Assembly: GCA_963779755.1 (NCBI GenBank)
Contig: CAVZZO010000003.1
Span: 1,536,001-1,600,000, forward strand
Direction of reading: 5' to 3'
Source of the DNA: an uncultured Gemmatimonadales bacterium
Lineage (GTDB): Bacteria; Gemmatimonadota; Gemmatimonadetes; Gemmatimonadales; GWC2-71-9
DNA: 64,000 nucleotides
Part shown: piece after piece, positions 9,053 to 19,995 of the stretch
Numbering within the stretch: the first letter of the stretch is position 1
How the letters are laid out: each line of letters starts with the position of its first letter
Notes under the pieces: model-generated
Databases searched by the model: none
Told to the model about the DNA's origin: nothing
Seen by the model: the letters and a program-made list of their open reading frames with translations, nothing else
Translations under genes and position numbers: made by a program

Positions 9053-9547
9053 ATGAAGCACATTCTTGAGAGAGCATACTGGTGGTGGATGCTCAAGACA
9101 AGCGACGTGGAGGATGTCCACGGATTGCGACTGGTGTATATCAGTGCTGACGCCAACCGGGCGAAGCCGACTATTCTGCGAGCGGTATCCGAGGCACTGG
9201 ACCGAATTGCTTCCGCGAGAGGTGGATTCGGTGAGTTGGTCACTTCACATCTGCGGTTTGTCGCAGCCTTGAAGGCGCGACGGAGTTGGATCGTACCTAT
9301 GGCTCGGGGATATGTTTCCCCCTTCTATAGAATTGAGGTGGAGAATCCACACTACCTTGCCTGCCGCTTAGTCTGGGCCGCAACCTATGTTCGACTCTTT
9401 CATGATGCTCTCGCAAATGGCGGACAAGGAACCGGTTTGGCTGCTATTCGCGATAGAGCGCGCGAATCGCAGGTCAGATTCCTGGAGCAGTTCCCCGATT
9501 CCGAACGCTGGCTGGAGTATATCGCCCAACACCCTGGTGGAATCTAA
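9053..9547 (+). CDS. Putative cognate immunity protein
   Basis: 164-aa ORF 7 bp after the RHS stop with an AAGGAG RBS and lower GC. The call rests on position only. Confidence 0.6.
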   Translation: MKHILERAYWWWMLKTSDVEDVHGLRLVYISADANRAKPTILRAVSEALDRIASARGGFGELVTSHLRFVAALKARRSWIVPMARGYVSPFYRIEVENPHYLACRLVWAATYVRLFHDALANGGQGTGLAAIRDRARESQVRFLEQFPDSERWLEYIAQHPGGI

Positions 9548-10180
9548 TGTTATGTAACAGAAGTTGACAGCATAAGTTATGCCAGGTACATTGGGGTACC
9601 CCTGACCAAGGAGAAGCATGCGCACGGGTCGCCCCAAGGCCGCGTTGACGTTGACGGAAGAGGAGCGGCATGAGTTGGAGTCGTTGGCCAAGCGTCGGCG
9701 CTCGGCGTCCGCGCTGGCCCAGCGGGCGCGCATGGTGCTGGCTTGCGCGGCGGGCCAGGACAACCAGACCGTGGCGCGGCGCGTGCGCGTGGCGCCGGCC
9801 ACGGTCGGCAAGTGGCGGCAGCCGCTTCCTTGAGGACCGCGTGGCCGGGCTGATGGACGAGCCGCGGCCCGGCACGCCGCGCCAGGTCACGGACGAGCAG
9901 ATCGAGGACGTGATCGTGCGCACGCTGGAGAGCACGCCCGGAAGGGGCGACGCATTGGAGCAGCCGGGACATGGCCAAGGCGACGGGTCTGAGTCATATG
10001 ACCGTCAGCCGGATCTGGCGTGCGTTCGGCCTCAAGCCGCACCTCGACGAGACCTTCAAGGTCTCCCCCGATCCGCTGCTCCTCGACAAGGTGCGCGATA
10101 TCGTCGGGTCTGTACTTGAACCCACCTGACCACGCACGCGGTGGTCTTCTGCGTCGACGTCAAGCCGCAGAGGGGCCTGC
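9545..10180 (+). mobile_element. Degenerate IS630-family element (frameshifted, truncated transposase)
   Basis: Begins at TA (taatgttatgtaacagaagtt). Pieces in different frames read MRTGRPKAALTLTEEERHEL...RARMVLACAAG, DEPRPGTPRQVTDEQIEDVIVRTLE and TVSRIWRAFGLKPH-DETFK-SPDP. No intact DDE region. Confidence 0.85.
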
Positions 10181-10186
10181 TGTGGG

Positions 10187-10441
10187 TTGACGGTCGGTTC
10201 AGGCGCTGTCTTCAGCGACCGGCTAACCACGGGTCTCGCGGAGGCGCCGTGGGCCACTCTTGAGCAACATGAATTTGGGCATACCCTCCAGTTCATTGGG
10301 CTCTCGGCGCTCAATGGGTATGTCAATATCGAGGCGCCCTGGGCGCCTTATCTTGGCCTTGGCGCCTTGGGGATTCCGTTCCCGTTCAACCCTTGGGAGA
10401 GCGGCGCCACTTGGTTGGGGCACGTTTCTGGTCTACCCTGA
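10187..10441 (+). pseudogene. Orphan RHS-type toxin tip fragment with HExxH motif
   Basis: HEFGHTLQ ... NPWE motif. The 5' end is lost at the IS630 junction, and a small ORF follows directly. Confidence 0.5.
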
Positions 10442-10784
10442 GTGAGACTTCCTGCCATGTCAAGAGCCATCAATCTCGCCGTCGTTGGCGCTTGTGCTGT
10501 AGCGGCACTGGGGACGTACTGCGGTAAAGGTGTGACGGTCGTAAACAGATATGAGATTGCCCCGTGTCCGGGAACTCAGTTCGCACTGCCCGATTCCGCG
10601 TCGGGCGAAGGGTTCGCGCTGACGTCAAAAGTCCCAAAGAACGATGCCATCCCGGACTGCGTGGGGTGCAGAGTCTATAGGCTGCGTGAAAATCGAGATT
10701 TGCGTATGTACTTGGAAGCTAAGCTGAATGACCGACCGACCGCTTGTACTCTCGATGTAATGTATCGTTACGTCGGTCACTCGA
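10442..10784 (+). pseudogene. Putative secreted immunity protein, 3' end interrupted by IS256
   Basis: Hydrophobic N-terminus and Cys-rich body. The ORF runs into the IS256 inverted repeat at 10785 and stops at 10867. Confidence 0.45.
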
Positions 10785-12158
10785 GGTCGTGTCCCGAGTT
10801 GTGTAGAAAATCAATGGGCGCTGTCTCCGGGCCTCCAAGCGTGTCAGGCGCTCATGCAGCCGCTTGACGGTTACTGACACGGGGCAAGGTTCGCCAGCCG
10901 GCAATCCGCCGCAAGGGCAGTTGCCCCGTCGCGATCAGACCGTAGCCGAGCACCAGGACGGCCTCGGTGCTGGGCAGCGATCCCTGCGTTTTGACTCGCC
11001 GTCGCACCTCCTCCAGCACGCGCTCGACGATATTTGTCGTGCGCAGGCTCTTCCACTGCGCCTTCGGCAGGCGATAGAACGTGAGCAGCTCCTCGCCCGC
11101 CTCCTCCAGGCTCGCCACCACCCCCGGGAGCTCCCGGCCCCAGCGGCGGGTAAACCGCCCCCAGGCCCGCCGCGCCGCCTCCGCATCGGCGGCGTACACG
11201 ATGGCGTGGTAGTCGCGTTTGACGGCCGGATAGAGCCGCTGCGGGCAATGGGCCGCCAGGTTGCGCAGCTTATGCACCGTGCAGCGCTGCACCGCAGCCC
11301 GCGGCCAGATCTCGCTCAGCGCCCGGCGCAGACCCTTGCTGCCGTCGGTGATCACCAGCGCCGGCGCGACCAGGCCGCGCTCCACCAGCCCGCGCACGAA
11401 GTCGCCCCAGGCCGCGGCGCTTTCCGCGACGTAGAGCCGGAGATCCAGCAGCACCTTCTGCCCGTCGGGCCGCACCCCGACCGCCACCTGGACCGGGAGC
11501 GGCTCGACCCGCTTGAGCACCCGCACGTGGAGGTGAATCGCATCCAGATAGAGATATTGCACCCCCAACTCCCCCAGGGGGCGCTCGCGCCACGCCTCGT
11601 AGCCCTGCCGCAGCCCCCGCACGACGCGCGAGACCGTGCTCCGCGAGGCGGGACCGTCGGCCAGCAGCGAGCGGAGCGCCCGGGCGAGCCGCCGCTGATT
11701 GCCGCCCCCGCAGTAGAAGCCGATCAGCGCCGCATCCACCGCCCGGGCCCGGCGCGCGTACCGCGGCAGCAGCCCGCTCTGCCATTCCCGCAGCTCGGCG
11801 CCCGCCTGCACCCGCCCTCGCGGGATGGCGAGATCCACGGGGCCCAGACTGGTCGTCACCCGCCGCCGCCGGGTGCCGTGCCGATATCCCTGCCGGGCGG
11901 CGCTCCGCTCATGCCGGCCGCTGCCCAAGACGGCCGCCAACTCCTCGTGCAACATGCGCTCAATCCACCGCCGCGCGTCGCGGCGCAGGGCCGCCGTCAG
12001 CGGGTCCGCCCCGACCAGTGCTTCCCACCCCTGCTCCGTGGCCGTACCTTCTCTCATGGCGTATGCCTCCGGGTTAGATCCGCACTTCGGCGGATCGGGG
12101 TTCGATCATCCCGGAAGCATACGCCATTTCAATTTTCTACACGAATCGGGACGGCACC
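10785..12158 (-). mobile_element. IS256-family element
   Basis: Imperfect terminal IRs: ggtcgtgtcccgagttgtgtagaaaat at 10785 versus attttctacacgaatcgggacggcacc ending at 12158. No target duplication seen. Confidence 0.9.
10852..12057 (-). CDS. IS256-family (mutator-type) transposase
   Basis: YLYLDA, VITDGSKGL, QRCTVHKLRN and LRTTNIVER motifs. Confidence 0.93.
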   Translation of the reverse strand: MREGTATEQGWEALVGADPLTAALRRDARRWIERMLHEELAAVLGSGRHERSAARQGYRHGTRRRRVTTSLGPVDLAIPRGRVQAGAELREWQSGLLPRYARRARAVDAALIGFYCGGGNQRRLARALRSLLADGPASRSTVSRVVRGLRQGYEAWRERPLGELGVQYLYLDAIHLHVRVLKRVEPLPVQVAVGVRPDGQKVLLDLRLYVAESAAAWGDFVRGLVERGLVAPALVITDGSKGLRRALSEIWPRAAVQRCTVHKLRNLAAHCPQRLYPAVKRDYHAIVYAADAEAARRAWGRFTRRWGRELPGVVASLEEAGEELLTFYRLPKAQWKSLRTTNIVERVLEEVRRRVKTQGSLPSTEAVLVLGYGLIATGQLPLRRIAGWRTLPRVSNRQAAA

Positions 12159-12474
12159 GGTTCAATGGCGTGGCATTGCCTTTGCCGCCGGGCTTACCAA
12201 AGAAGCCCTGTGGTCAGGTCCTAATATCGTCTCGCCGACCCCCAATGGGTGGTTTGGAACTCTGATTCAGGGCAAGGAGGATGGGGCCGGCACGCTCTAC
12301 AGGCGAAATCGCTCTGTCGATCCGGCAACAGGGCGATTCACGCAGGAAGATCCGCTTGGCCTGGCCGGCGGGCTCAATCTCTACGGCTTCGCGAATGGCG
12401 ACCCTGTCAACTTCAGTGACCCGTTTGGGCTATGTCCGTACACAGGAAAGCACACCACCAACGTGGACGAGTGA
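12159..12474 (+). pseudogene. Orphan RHS core fragment
   Basis: LYRRNRSVDPATGRFTQEDPLGLAGGLNLYGFANGDPVNFSDPFGLC. Cut on the 5' side by IS256 and on the 3' side by the IS200-like element. Confidence 0.85.
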
Positions 12475-13010
12475 ATGACCCTCGCCTGTAAGGCGAGGGC
12501 TTCAAGAGGGGTCGATTGGAAATCGACTATCGTCGGCGATCTGCTCTCCTTGTTGTTCGTCGATGTAGGCTCGGATCATCTCTTCAGTCACCGTGCCGCT
12601 GCTGACGGCCAAGTACCCACGCGCCCAGAAATGGCGGCCCCAAAAATGCCGCCGGATGCGAGGAAATTCTTGAAAGAGCACGCGCGAGCTAATGCCCTTA
12701 AACCATTGGGCTATTTGACTTACCCGTTGGATCGGGCGGTACCCGACCAAGACGTGAACATGGTCGCGTGCCACCTTGCCCGACAGGATCTCGAGTTCAT
12801 GCTCCATCGCGATTCGCCGGATCAGGTCGCGCACACGAATGGCCAAGTCCCCTGTCAGCACCGGCTTCCGATACTTCGGAACCCACACCAAGTGCACCGA
12901 CAGGTCCGTCTTCGTGTGCGCTCCAATCCGATAGTTTCGCACACGACCAAGTTACACGGACCTTCTCTTCGCCTAAAGGCGAGGGGTTCAAACCCTCCCC
13001 GAGGTGGAAA
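12471..13010 (-). mobile_element. IS200-type element (tnpA only)
   Basis: Related subterminal hairpins ccctcgcctgtaaggcgaggg (12479-12499) and cttcgcctaaaggcgagg (12967-12984). No tnpB. Confidence 0.85.
12502..12942 (-). CDS. tnpA: IS200/IS605-family Y1 transposase TnpA
   Basis: HLVWVPKYRK, HUH motif DHVHVL, KG-SSR, FWARGY and catalytic YI-EQ. Confidence 0.93.
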   Translation of the reverse strand: MRNYRIGAHTKTDLSVHLVWVPKYRKPVLTGDLAIRVRDLIRRIAMEHELEILSGKVARDHVHVLVGYRPIQRVSQIAQWFKGISSRVLFQEFPRIRRHFWGRHFWARGYLAVSSGTVTEEMIRAYIDEQQGEQIADDSRFPIDPS

Positions 13011-13061
13011 CTGAACCGCCCCGGGATTGCCGGAGACTCCAGTCTGTGAGAGGTTGGAGCC

Positions 13062-15456
<2,395 letters not shown>

Positions 15457-15829
15457 CAGTACCTCTCGATCCGCTACACCGAGCGCTTGGCGGAGGCCGG
15501 AATCGAGCCGTCGGTCGGGAGCCGGGGGGATTCCTACGATAACGCCTTGGCCGAAACGGTCATCGGCCTGTTCAAGACCGAGGTCATTCGGCAGGACGGT
15601 CCCTGGCGCGGGCTCGACGAGGTCGAATACGCCACGCTGGAGTGGGTCGCCTGGTATAACACCCAGCGCCTGCTGGAACCGCTGGGATACGTCCCCCCAG
15701 CGGAGTACGAGGAGCAGTTTCACCGTACCACATCCGCGCATATCGCGGAGAGGGTACTCACGTAACCGGGTCTCCGGGAAAGCCGGGGCGATTCAGCGCG
15801 ACGTCCCCGCTCTCCGGTGGCGACGCAGG

Positions 15830-16129
15830 TCAAGCGACTCGCGACCCTCGCTCCGTGCTCAGGTGGACCTTGACTCCCGCGCGCGCCAGCATCTCGACCA
15901 GGGCATCGATGCTGAAGCGGTGGAGTCGGCCACGGACCAGGTCACTGACCCGGGGCTGCGATACTCCCAGGAGCTTCGCTGCCTGGGCCTGGGTGAGTTT
16001 CCTGCGTCCGATCAGCTTCTCAATGGCGATCATGAGCTCTGCCCGCACCCGGAGATGCTCGGCCTCCACCGGGGAGAAGCCGAGATCGCGAAACACGTTG
16101 TCGGAACCCTTCGTGATCTTGATCGCCAT
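15830..16129 (-). CDS. XRE-family HTH antitoxin (HigA-like)
   Basis: GSDNVFRDLGF ... LTQAQAAKLLGVSQPRVSDL HTH, downstream of a RelE-like gene. Confidence 0.88.
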   Translation of the reverse strand: MAIKITKGSDNVFRDLGFSPVEAEHLRVRAELMIAIEKLIGRRKLTQAQAAKLLGVSQPRVSDLVRGRLHRFSIDALVEMLARAGVKVHLSTERGSRVA

Positions 16130-16138
16130 CTCCGCCTC

Positions 16139-16474
16139 CTAGTCTTCCGTGTGCGGCCGGCCCAGCTCTCTGAAGCGCGCCCGTGCGATATCCAGATCGA
16201 GTTTCCGTGTCCGCTGGGCCTTCTTCACAAAGGCGTGCAGCACGTACACCGCTTCCGGCCGTGTTGCGAGATACAGCACCCGAAATTCTCCATCCATGTG
16301 TACTCGGACCTCTCGGACCCCGGGCCCGACACTGGGCATCGGTTTCCAGTCGCTCGGCTCCTGCCCATCCTGGACCCGCCAGAGCTGATAGCCCGTATCC
16401 CTGCGCGCATCCGGAGGAAAGCGGCGAACCGCTGCCTGGGAGCTACCGAGCCAGCGCAGGGGCTTGAGGGCCAT
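16139..16474 (-). CDS. RelE/ParE-superfamily toxin (HigB/Gp49-like)
   Basis: GYQL--VQ-G-EPSDWKPM--VGPGVREVR ... FRVLY ... YVLHAFVKK. Toxin-first gene order. Confidence 0.88.
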   Translation of the reverse strand: MALKPLRWLGSSQAAVRRFPPDARRDTGYQLWRVQDGQEPSDWKPMPSVGPGVREVRVHMDGEFRVLYLATRPEAVYVLHAFVKKAQRTRKLDLDIARARFRELGRPHTED

Positions 16475-16759
16475 GGCTCAATATATCGGTTTGGATATGG
16501 CCTGCCAAGAGAGGGTGCCACCCACACTGTGCCTGCACTCGGATCAGGAGTTCTTTGATTTTGCCCAGACCATCGCTTGTCAGAACTCCCGTGCTGGCGC
16601 TGCGAATTTCTGTCTCCGGTTCGAGCAAGGCGTGCGGATTAGGGGCGGCGGCGCCCTGCGGGGCTTCTGTGGGAGGTGTACGGGGGTGGCCCGTCGGGGG
16701 GAGCTGCTGACGAAATGCGATCCCCGTGCCGGGGACCCGGGCGATCCTCGGTCCACCAT

Positions 16760-17220
16760 CGTATGCCAAGCTGTCACGGCCGGATGAACTTACCGGCCGC
16801 TTCAACGCCCATCAAAAGGGGCGGCTATTGCTGCAGGTCGAGGAAGGCTTTTGGGCCGGTGATAAGAAGGCCGAGGGAGCCCTGAAGCATATGATAACCT
16901 CCGACAAGGTCCTGGTCGAACCCAAGTATGTGGATGCGTTCGAAGTGGCGAACTATGCCAGACTACTGGTAACCTCGAACAACGAGTGGATCGTCCCTGC
17001 CGGGTTTGGCGAAAGACGATTTGCTGTACTCGACGCCGATGATGCTCGTGCCAACGATCTTGCATACTTCGCAGCGCTCCGCCGCGAACTCTTTGAGGAC
17101 GGCGGTTGCGCCCGCTTCTTGAAATACCTGCTCGAAGATGTACGAATTGACTTCCAGACACTCAGACGTCCCCCAGCCACACCAGCGCTCCTCGAACAAC
17201 AACTCGAGAGTCTCGAGCCG
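16760..17220 (+). pseudogene. Fragment of a phage/plasmid primase-helicase C-terminal (DUF5906/D5-like) domain
   Basis: GRFNAH...EE-FWAGDK-AEG-LK-MIT...EPK-VDA-EV-NY-RL-VTSN..W-VPA---ERRF-VLD. Walker A and the primase domain are missing. Confidence 0.75.
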
Positions 17221-17224
17221 GACC

Positions 17225-17391
17225 GAACGGAAACACCTGCCGCCAAACGACGTCGCGGCGGCAGGCGGGTGGTTGGACACCGGACGCTGCAGCGCTGCTA
17301 TCAGCAGTGCGATCCGGACACGCTGAAGGAGGTCGTGGAATTCCAGCGACCCCGGTCACCGGCCTCCGGCCGCTTCCAAGTCACCAAGTGA
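17225..17391 (+). pseudogene. C-terminal remnant of a tyrosine recombinase/integrase
   Basis: Two frames join as TERKHLPPNDVAAAGGWLD / RTLQRCYQQCDPDTLKEVV, resembling the GW...Y catalytic box. It sits next to a tRNA-derived att sequence. Confidence 0.55.
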
Positions 17392-17494
17392 GCCCGTGGT
17401 ACCTCACGCGGCAACTCACTCACTGACTCACACAGGAACTCACACACCTCGCAGATAGGTAAAGCCCGGCAACGCGTAAGTCGTTGTCGGGCTT

Positions 17495-17606
17495 GATTGC
17501 CCCTCCTGGGATCGACGCGTCCGGCGGCGGATGCCGCCGGCGCCGGGCGGAGCCCCGGCGAGCGGACCGAGGCGGCGCAGCCGCCGCAGGTCAACCAGGA
17601 CTCTCC
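17495..17606 (-). repeat. att-like copy of the tRNA-Gln 3' end, split by a 77-bp insertion
   Basis: gattgcccctcctgggatcga (17495-17515) plus aaccaggactctcc (17593-17606) together match 18188-18221. Confidence 0.85.
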
Positions 17607-17708
17607 AATCCGCAGATTGCGCGGATGGCATCAGGTTCGCGGCGAACGCGCTCCATTCCGCAGGAAAACGATACCGACCCCCAGCGGGAAGTGGAGTAGG
17701 GTCGGTCC

Positions 17709-18224
17709 ATGCCAGCTCCGTTCCATCGGACCCGCAGCGGCCGGGACAGGTCGAGGCGTGATCCCCAGACCTACGCTATCATCGGAGCCGCCATGGAGGT
17801 GCACCGCGCCCTCGGGCTCGGCTTCCGGGAGGGGGTGTATCACGAGGCGCTTGCACGGGAGTTTACTCAGCGGCAGATCCCCTATGAGGGGGAAGTCCCC
17901 TTCACCATCGCATTCAAGGGCAAGCCGCTCCGAACCTCGTATCGGGCCGATTTCGTATGTTACGGGGAGGTCCTGGTCGAATTGAAGGCCCTTCGCGCCC
18001 TCACCGGCGTGGAATTGGCCCAGGTGTTGAACTACCTGCGCGCCAGCAGGCTCGAACGGGCGCTCCTGCTGAACTTCGGCGCCTCGAGCCTCGAGTACCG
18101 CCGCATAATTCTCTCCGCGGACTCATCTGCGCAATCTGTGGTCAAATCTGCGCAATCTGTGGTCAAATCTGCGCAATCTGTGGACTGGATTGCCCCTCCT
18201 GGGATCGAACCAGGACTCTCCTGA
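17709..18224 (+). CDS. GxxExxY protein (PD-(D/E)XK nuclease-like family)
   Basis: IIGAAMEVH--LG-GFREGVY, YRADFV, VLVELKA, AQVLNYL and LLLNFG. The C-terminus reads through a 21-bp repeat into the antisense tRNA. Start codon uncertain. Confidence 0.9.
   Translation: MPAPFHRTRSGRDRSRRDPQTYAIIGAAMEVHRALGLGFREGVYHEALAREFTQRQIPYEGEVPFTIAFKGKPLRTSYRADFVCYGEVLVELKALRALTGVELAQVLNYLRASRLERALLLNFGASSLEYRRIILSADSSAQSVVKSAQSVVKSAQSVDWIAPPGIEPGLS
18125..18183 (+). repeat. 21-bp tandem repeat x~3 (atctgcgcaatctgtggtcaa)
   Basis: Units start at 18125, 18146 and 18167, inverted relative to 17610-17627. Confidence 0.9.
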
Positions 18225-18262
18225 TCCAGAGTCAGGCGTGTTGCCAATTACACCAAGGGGCA
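18190..18262 (-). tRNA. tRNA-Gln(CTG)
   Basis: Minus strand TGCCCCTTGGTGTAATTGGCAACACG-CCTGA-CTCTGGA-TCAGG...GGTTCGATCC...GGGGCAA folds as a cloverleaf with anticodon CTG. Confidence 0.95.
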
Positions 18263-18326
18263 CCGGGACCCTGCCGGGCTTCGGACCTACCGCCGTACCG
18301 CCCTTACCGCCGTACCGCCCTTCGAG

Positions 18327-18399
18327 TGGAGCTGAGGGGGATCGAACCCCTGACCTCTGCAGTGCGATTGCAGCGCTCTCCCAGCTGAGCTACAGCCCC
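18327..18399 (-). tRNA. tRNA-Ala(CGC)
   Basis: GGGGCTGTAGCTCAGCTGGGAGAGCG-CTGCA-ATCGCAC-TGCAG...GGTTCGATCC...AGCTCCA, with the G3:U70 Ala identity pair. Confidence 0.95.
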
Positions 18400-18488
18400 G
18401 GCAAGGGCGGGTAAGTTATCAGCGGGTTTGAGCTTGGGCAAGGCAGCCGGGCCACCCCCTTTATGGAGAGGGACGGGGGAGGCGAGGG

Positions 18489-18872
18489 TCACCTCCCTTC
18501 CTGCGTGGCCCGCTGAATCAGGCGGCTGAGCTCGGCCATTTCCTCGGGAGAGAGCTTGCCGTCGTTCAGGGCGAAAAGGGCGGAGACCGCCTGGGACGGC
18601 GAACCGCCGAAAAAGGTCCGGACCACATGGGCCAGGGCCTGGCGGCCGGCGTCCTCCGTCTCGACCACGGGCAGGTACACGTAGCGCAGCCCGTCGCGTT
18701 CGTGGTGCAGATGCCCCTTGTCTTCCAGTAGATTGAGCATCCCGCGCACCGCCGAGTACGAGGGCGGGTCGGGAAGCTGCGAGCGCACCTCGGCGACGGT
18801 AGCGCGACCCAGCCGGTAGACGGTATCCATGATCTGCCGCTCACGACGGCCCAGCGTTTCAGGGTGGGTCAT
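18489..18872 (-). CDS. BlaI/MecI/CopY-family transcriptional repressor
   Basis: LGRRERQIMD-VY, PSYSAVR-ML--LE-KG and VVRTFFGGS. Confidence 0.9.
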   Translation of the reverse strand: MTHPETLGRRERQIMDTVYRLGRATVAEVRSQLPDPPSYSAVRGMLNLLEDKGHLHHERDGLRYVYLPVVETEDAGRQALAHVVRTFFGGSPSQAVSALFALNDGKLSPEEMAELSRLIQRATQEGR

Positions 18873-18975
18873 GTGCTAATCCATTAGCAGGTGCCAGCAC
18901 ATTAGCAACTGCCACGGGCCGACGCAAGTAGTTTCCGTAGGCGGGTAGATTTCCGGTTCCCTCTTCCCGGTCTCC

Positions 18976-19950
18976 ATGCCCACTCGCACCCACGACCTCC
19001 TGAGCCGTCTCCGGGCTGCCACCACCCTGCTCTACCGGGGAGAGTGGGAGCGGGCCGAGCTGGAGCTGGCCGCGTGCCGCGAGTCCAGCGCCGAGGAGGA
19101 TCCGCGGCTGCAGGACCTGGTCATGTTGCGGCTGGGAGAGCTGCAGCGCCGCCGCGGGCGTTTCGACGATGCCCGCCATTATTTCGAGGAAGCCGCGACC
19201 CATCCCCTCTCGCTGCTGGGCCAGGCGGCGTTGGCGCTGGACCGGGGCGAGGCGCGGATGGCGGTGGACCTGCTGCACCGCTATCTCCGCCGTGTCACGC
19301 CGGCGCAGCACGCCCTGCGGGCCCCGGGCCTGGCCCTGCTGGTCCGCGCCCGTCTGTTATTGGACGACCTGCGCGAAGCGGAGGTAGCGCTGCAGGAGCT
19401 GCGGGAAATGGCGAGAGAGGGCGCCAGCCCGGCCCTCCGGCTCGACCTCACCTGGTCGGAGGGGCGCATCGCCCTGGCCACCGCTCAGCCCGGGTCGGCT
19501 CAGGCGCGGTTCGAAGAGGCGGCCGCCCTGTGCGAAGCCGAGTGCCGGCCCTTCGAGGCGGCCCGCATCCGGATCGAGCTGAGCCAGGCGCTGGCCGCGC
19601 AGGACCGGCTGGACGCCGCCGAATGGGAGGTGCACCGCGCCCTCTCACCGCTCAGGAAGCTGGGCGCGGCGGGCGAGGTCCGGCGGGGAGAAAGCCAGCT
19701 GGCGGCGGTGCGGACCACCGTGCATCAGGCAGAGGACCAGCCGGTGCGGAAGTTCCGGCTCACCCGGCGGGAGGAGGAGGTCCTGCGGCTCCTCGCCGAG
19801 GGGCTGTCGGACCGGGAAATGGCGCTGCGGCTCCGGCTGACCGAGCGTACCATCCACCGGCACGTGGCGAGCATCATGGCCAAGACCGGAGTGAGCTCCC
19901 GGGCCGCCGCGGTGGAAATGGTCAGGGAAGAGGTCCGGGGCGGCCCCTGA
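18976..19950 (+). CDS. LuxR-type HTH regulator with N-terminal TPR-like helices
   Basis: C-terminal LTRREEEVLRLLAEGLSDREMA--L-LTERTI--HV--I--K-GVSSR. Confidence 0.88.
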   Translation: MPTRTHDLLSRLRAATTLLYRGEWERAELELAACRESSAEEDPRLQDLVMLRLGELQRRRGRFDDARHYFEEAATHPLSLLGQAALALDRGEARMAVDLLHRYLRRVTPAQHALRAPGLALLVRARLLLDDLREAEVALQELREMAREGASPALRLDLTWSEGRIALATAQPGSAQARFEEAAALCEAECRPFEAARIRIELSQALAAQDRLDAAEWEVHRALSPLRKLGAAGEVRRGESQLAAVRTTVHQAEDQPVRKFRLTRREEEVLRLLAEGLSDREMALRLRLTERTIHRHVASIMAKTGVSSRAAAVEMVREEVRGGP

Positions 19951-19995
19951 CAGCGATTAGCTTTCGACCGATACTCTACCCGAAAGGGCACACTC

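Noticed and set aside
10864..12158. 536-aa plus-strand ORF ending in an RHS core
   Set aside because: It is mostly the antisense of the IS256 transposase. Only 12159-12474 is RHS-derived.
12471..13010. IS605-type element with TnpB/omegaRNA
   Set aside because: The end hairpins enclose only tnpA, leaving no room for tnpB.
18489..18872. Complete BlaI-BlaR (M56 peptidase) system
   Set aside because: No M56 gene follows; the tRNAs lie directly downstream, so the repressor is an orphan here.
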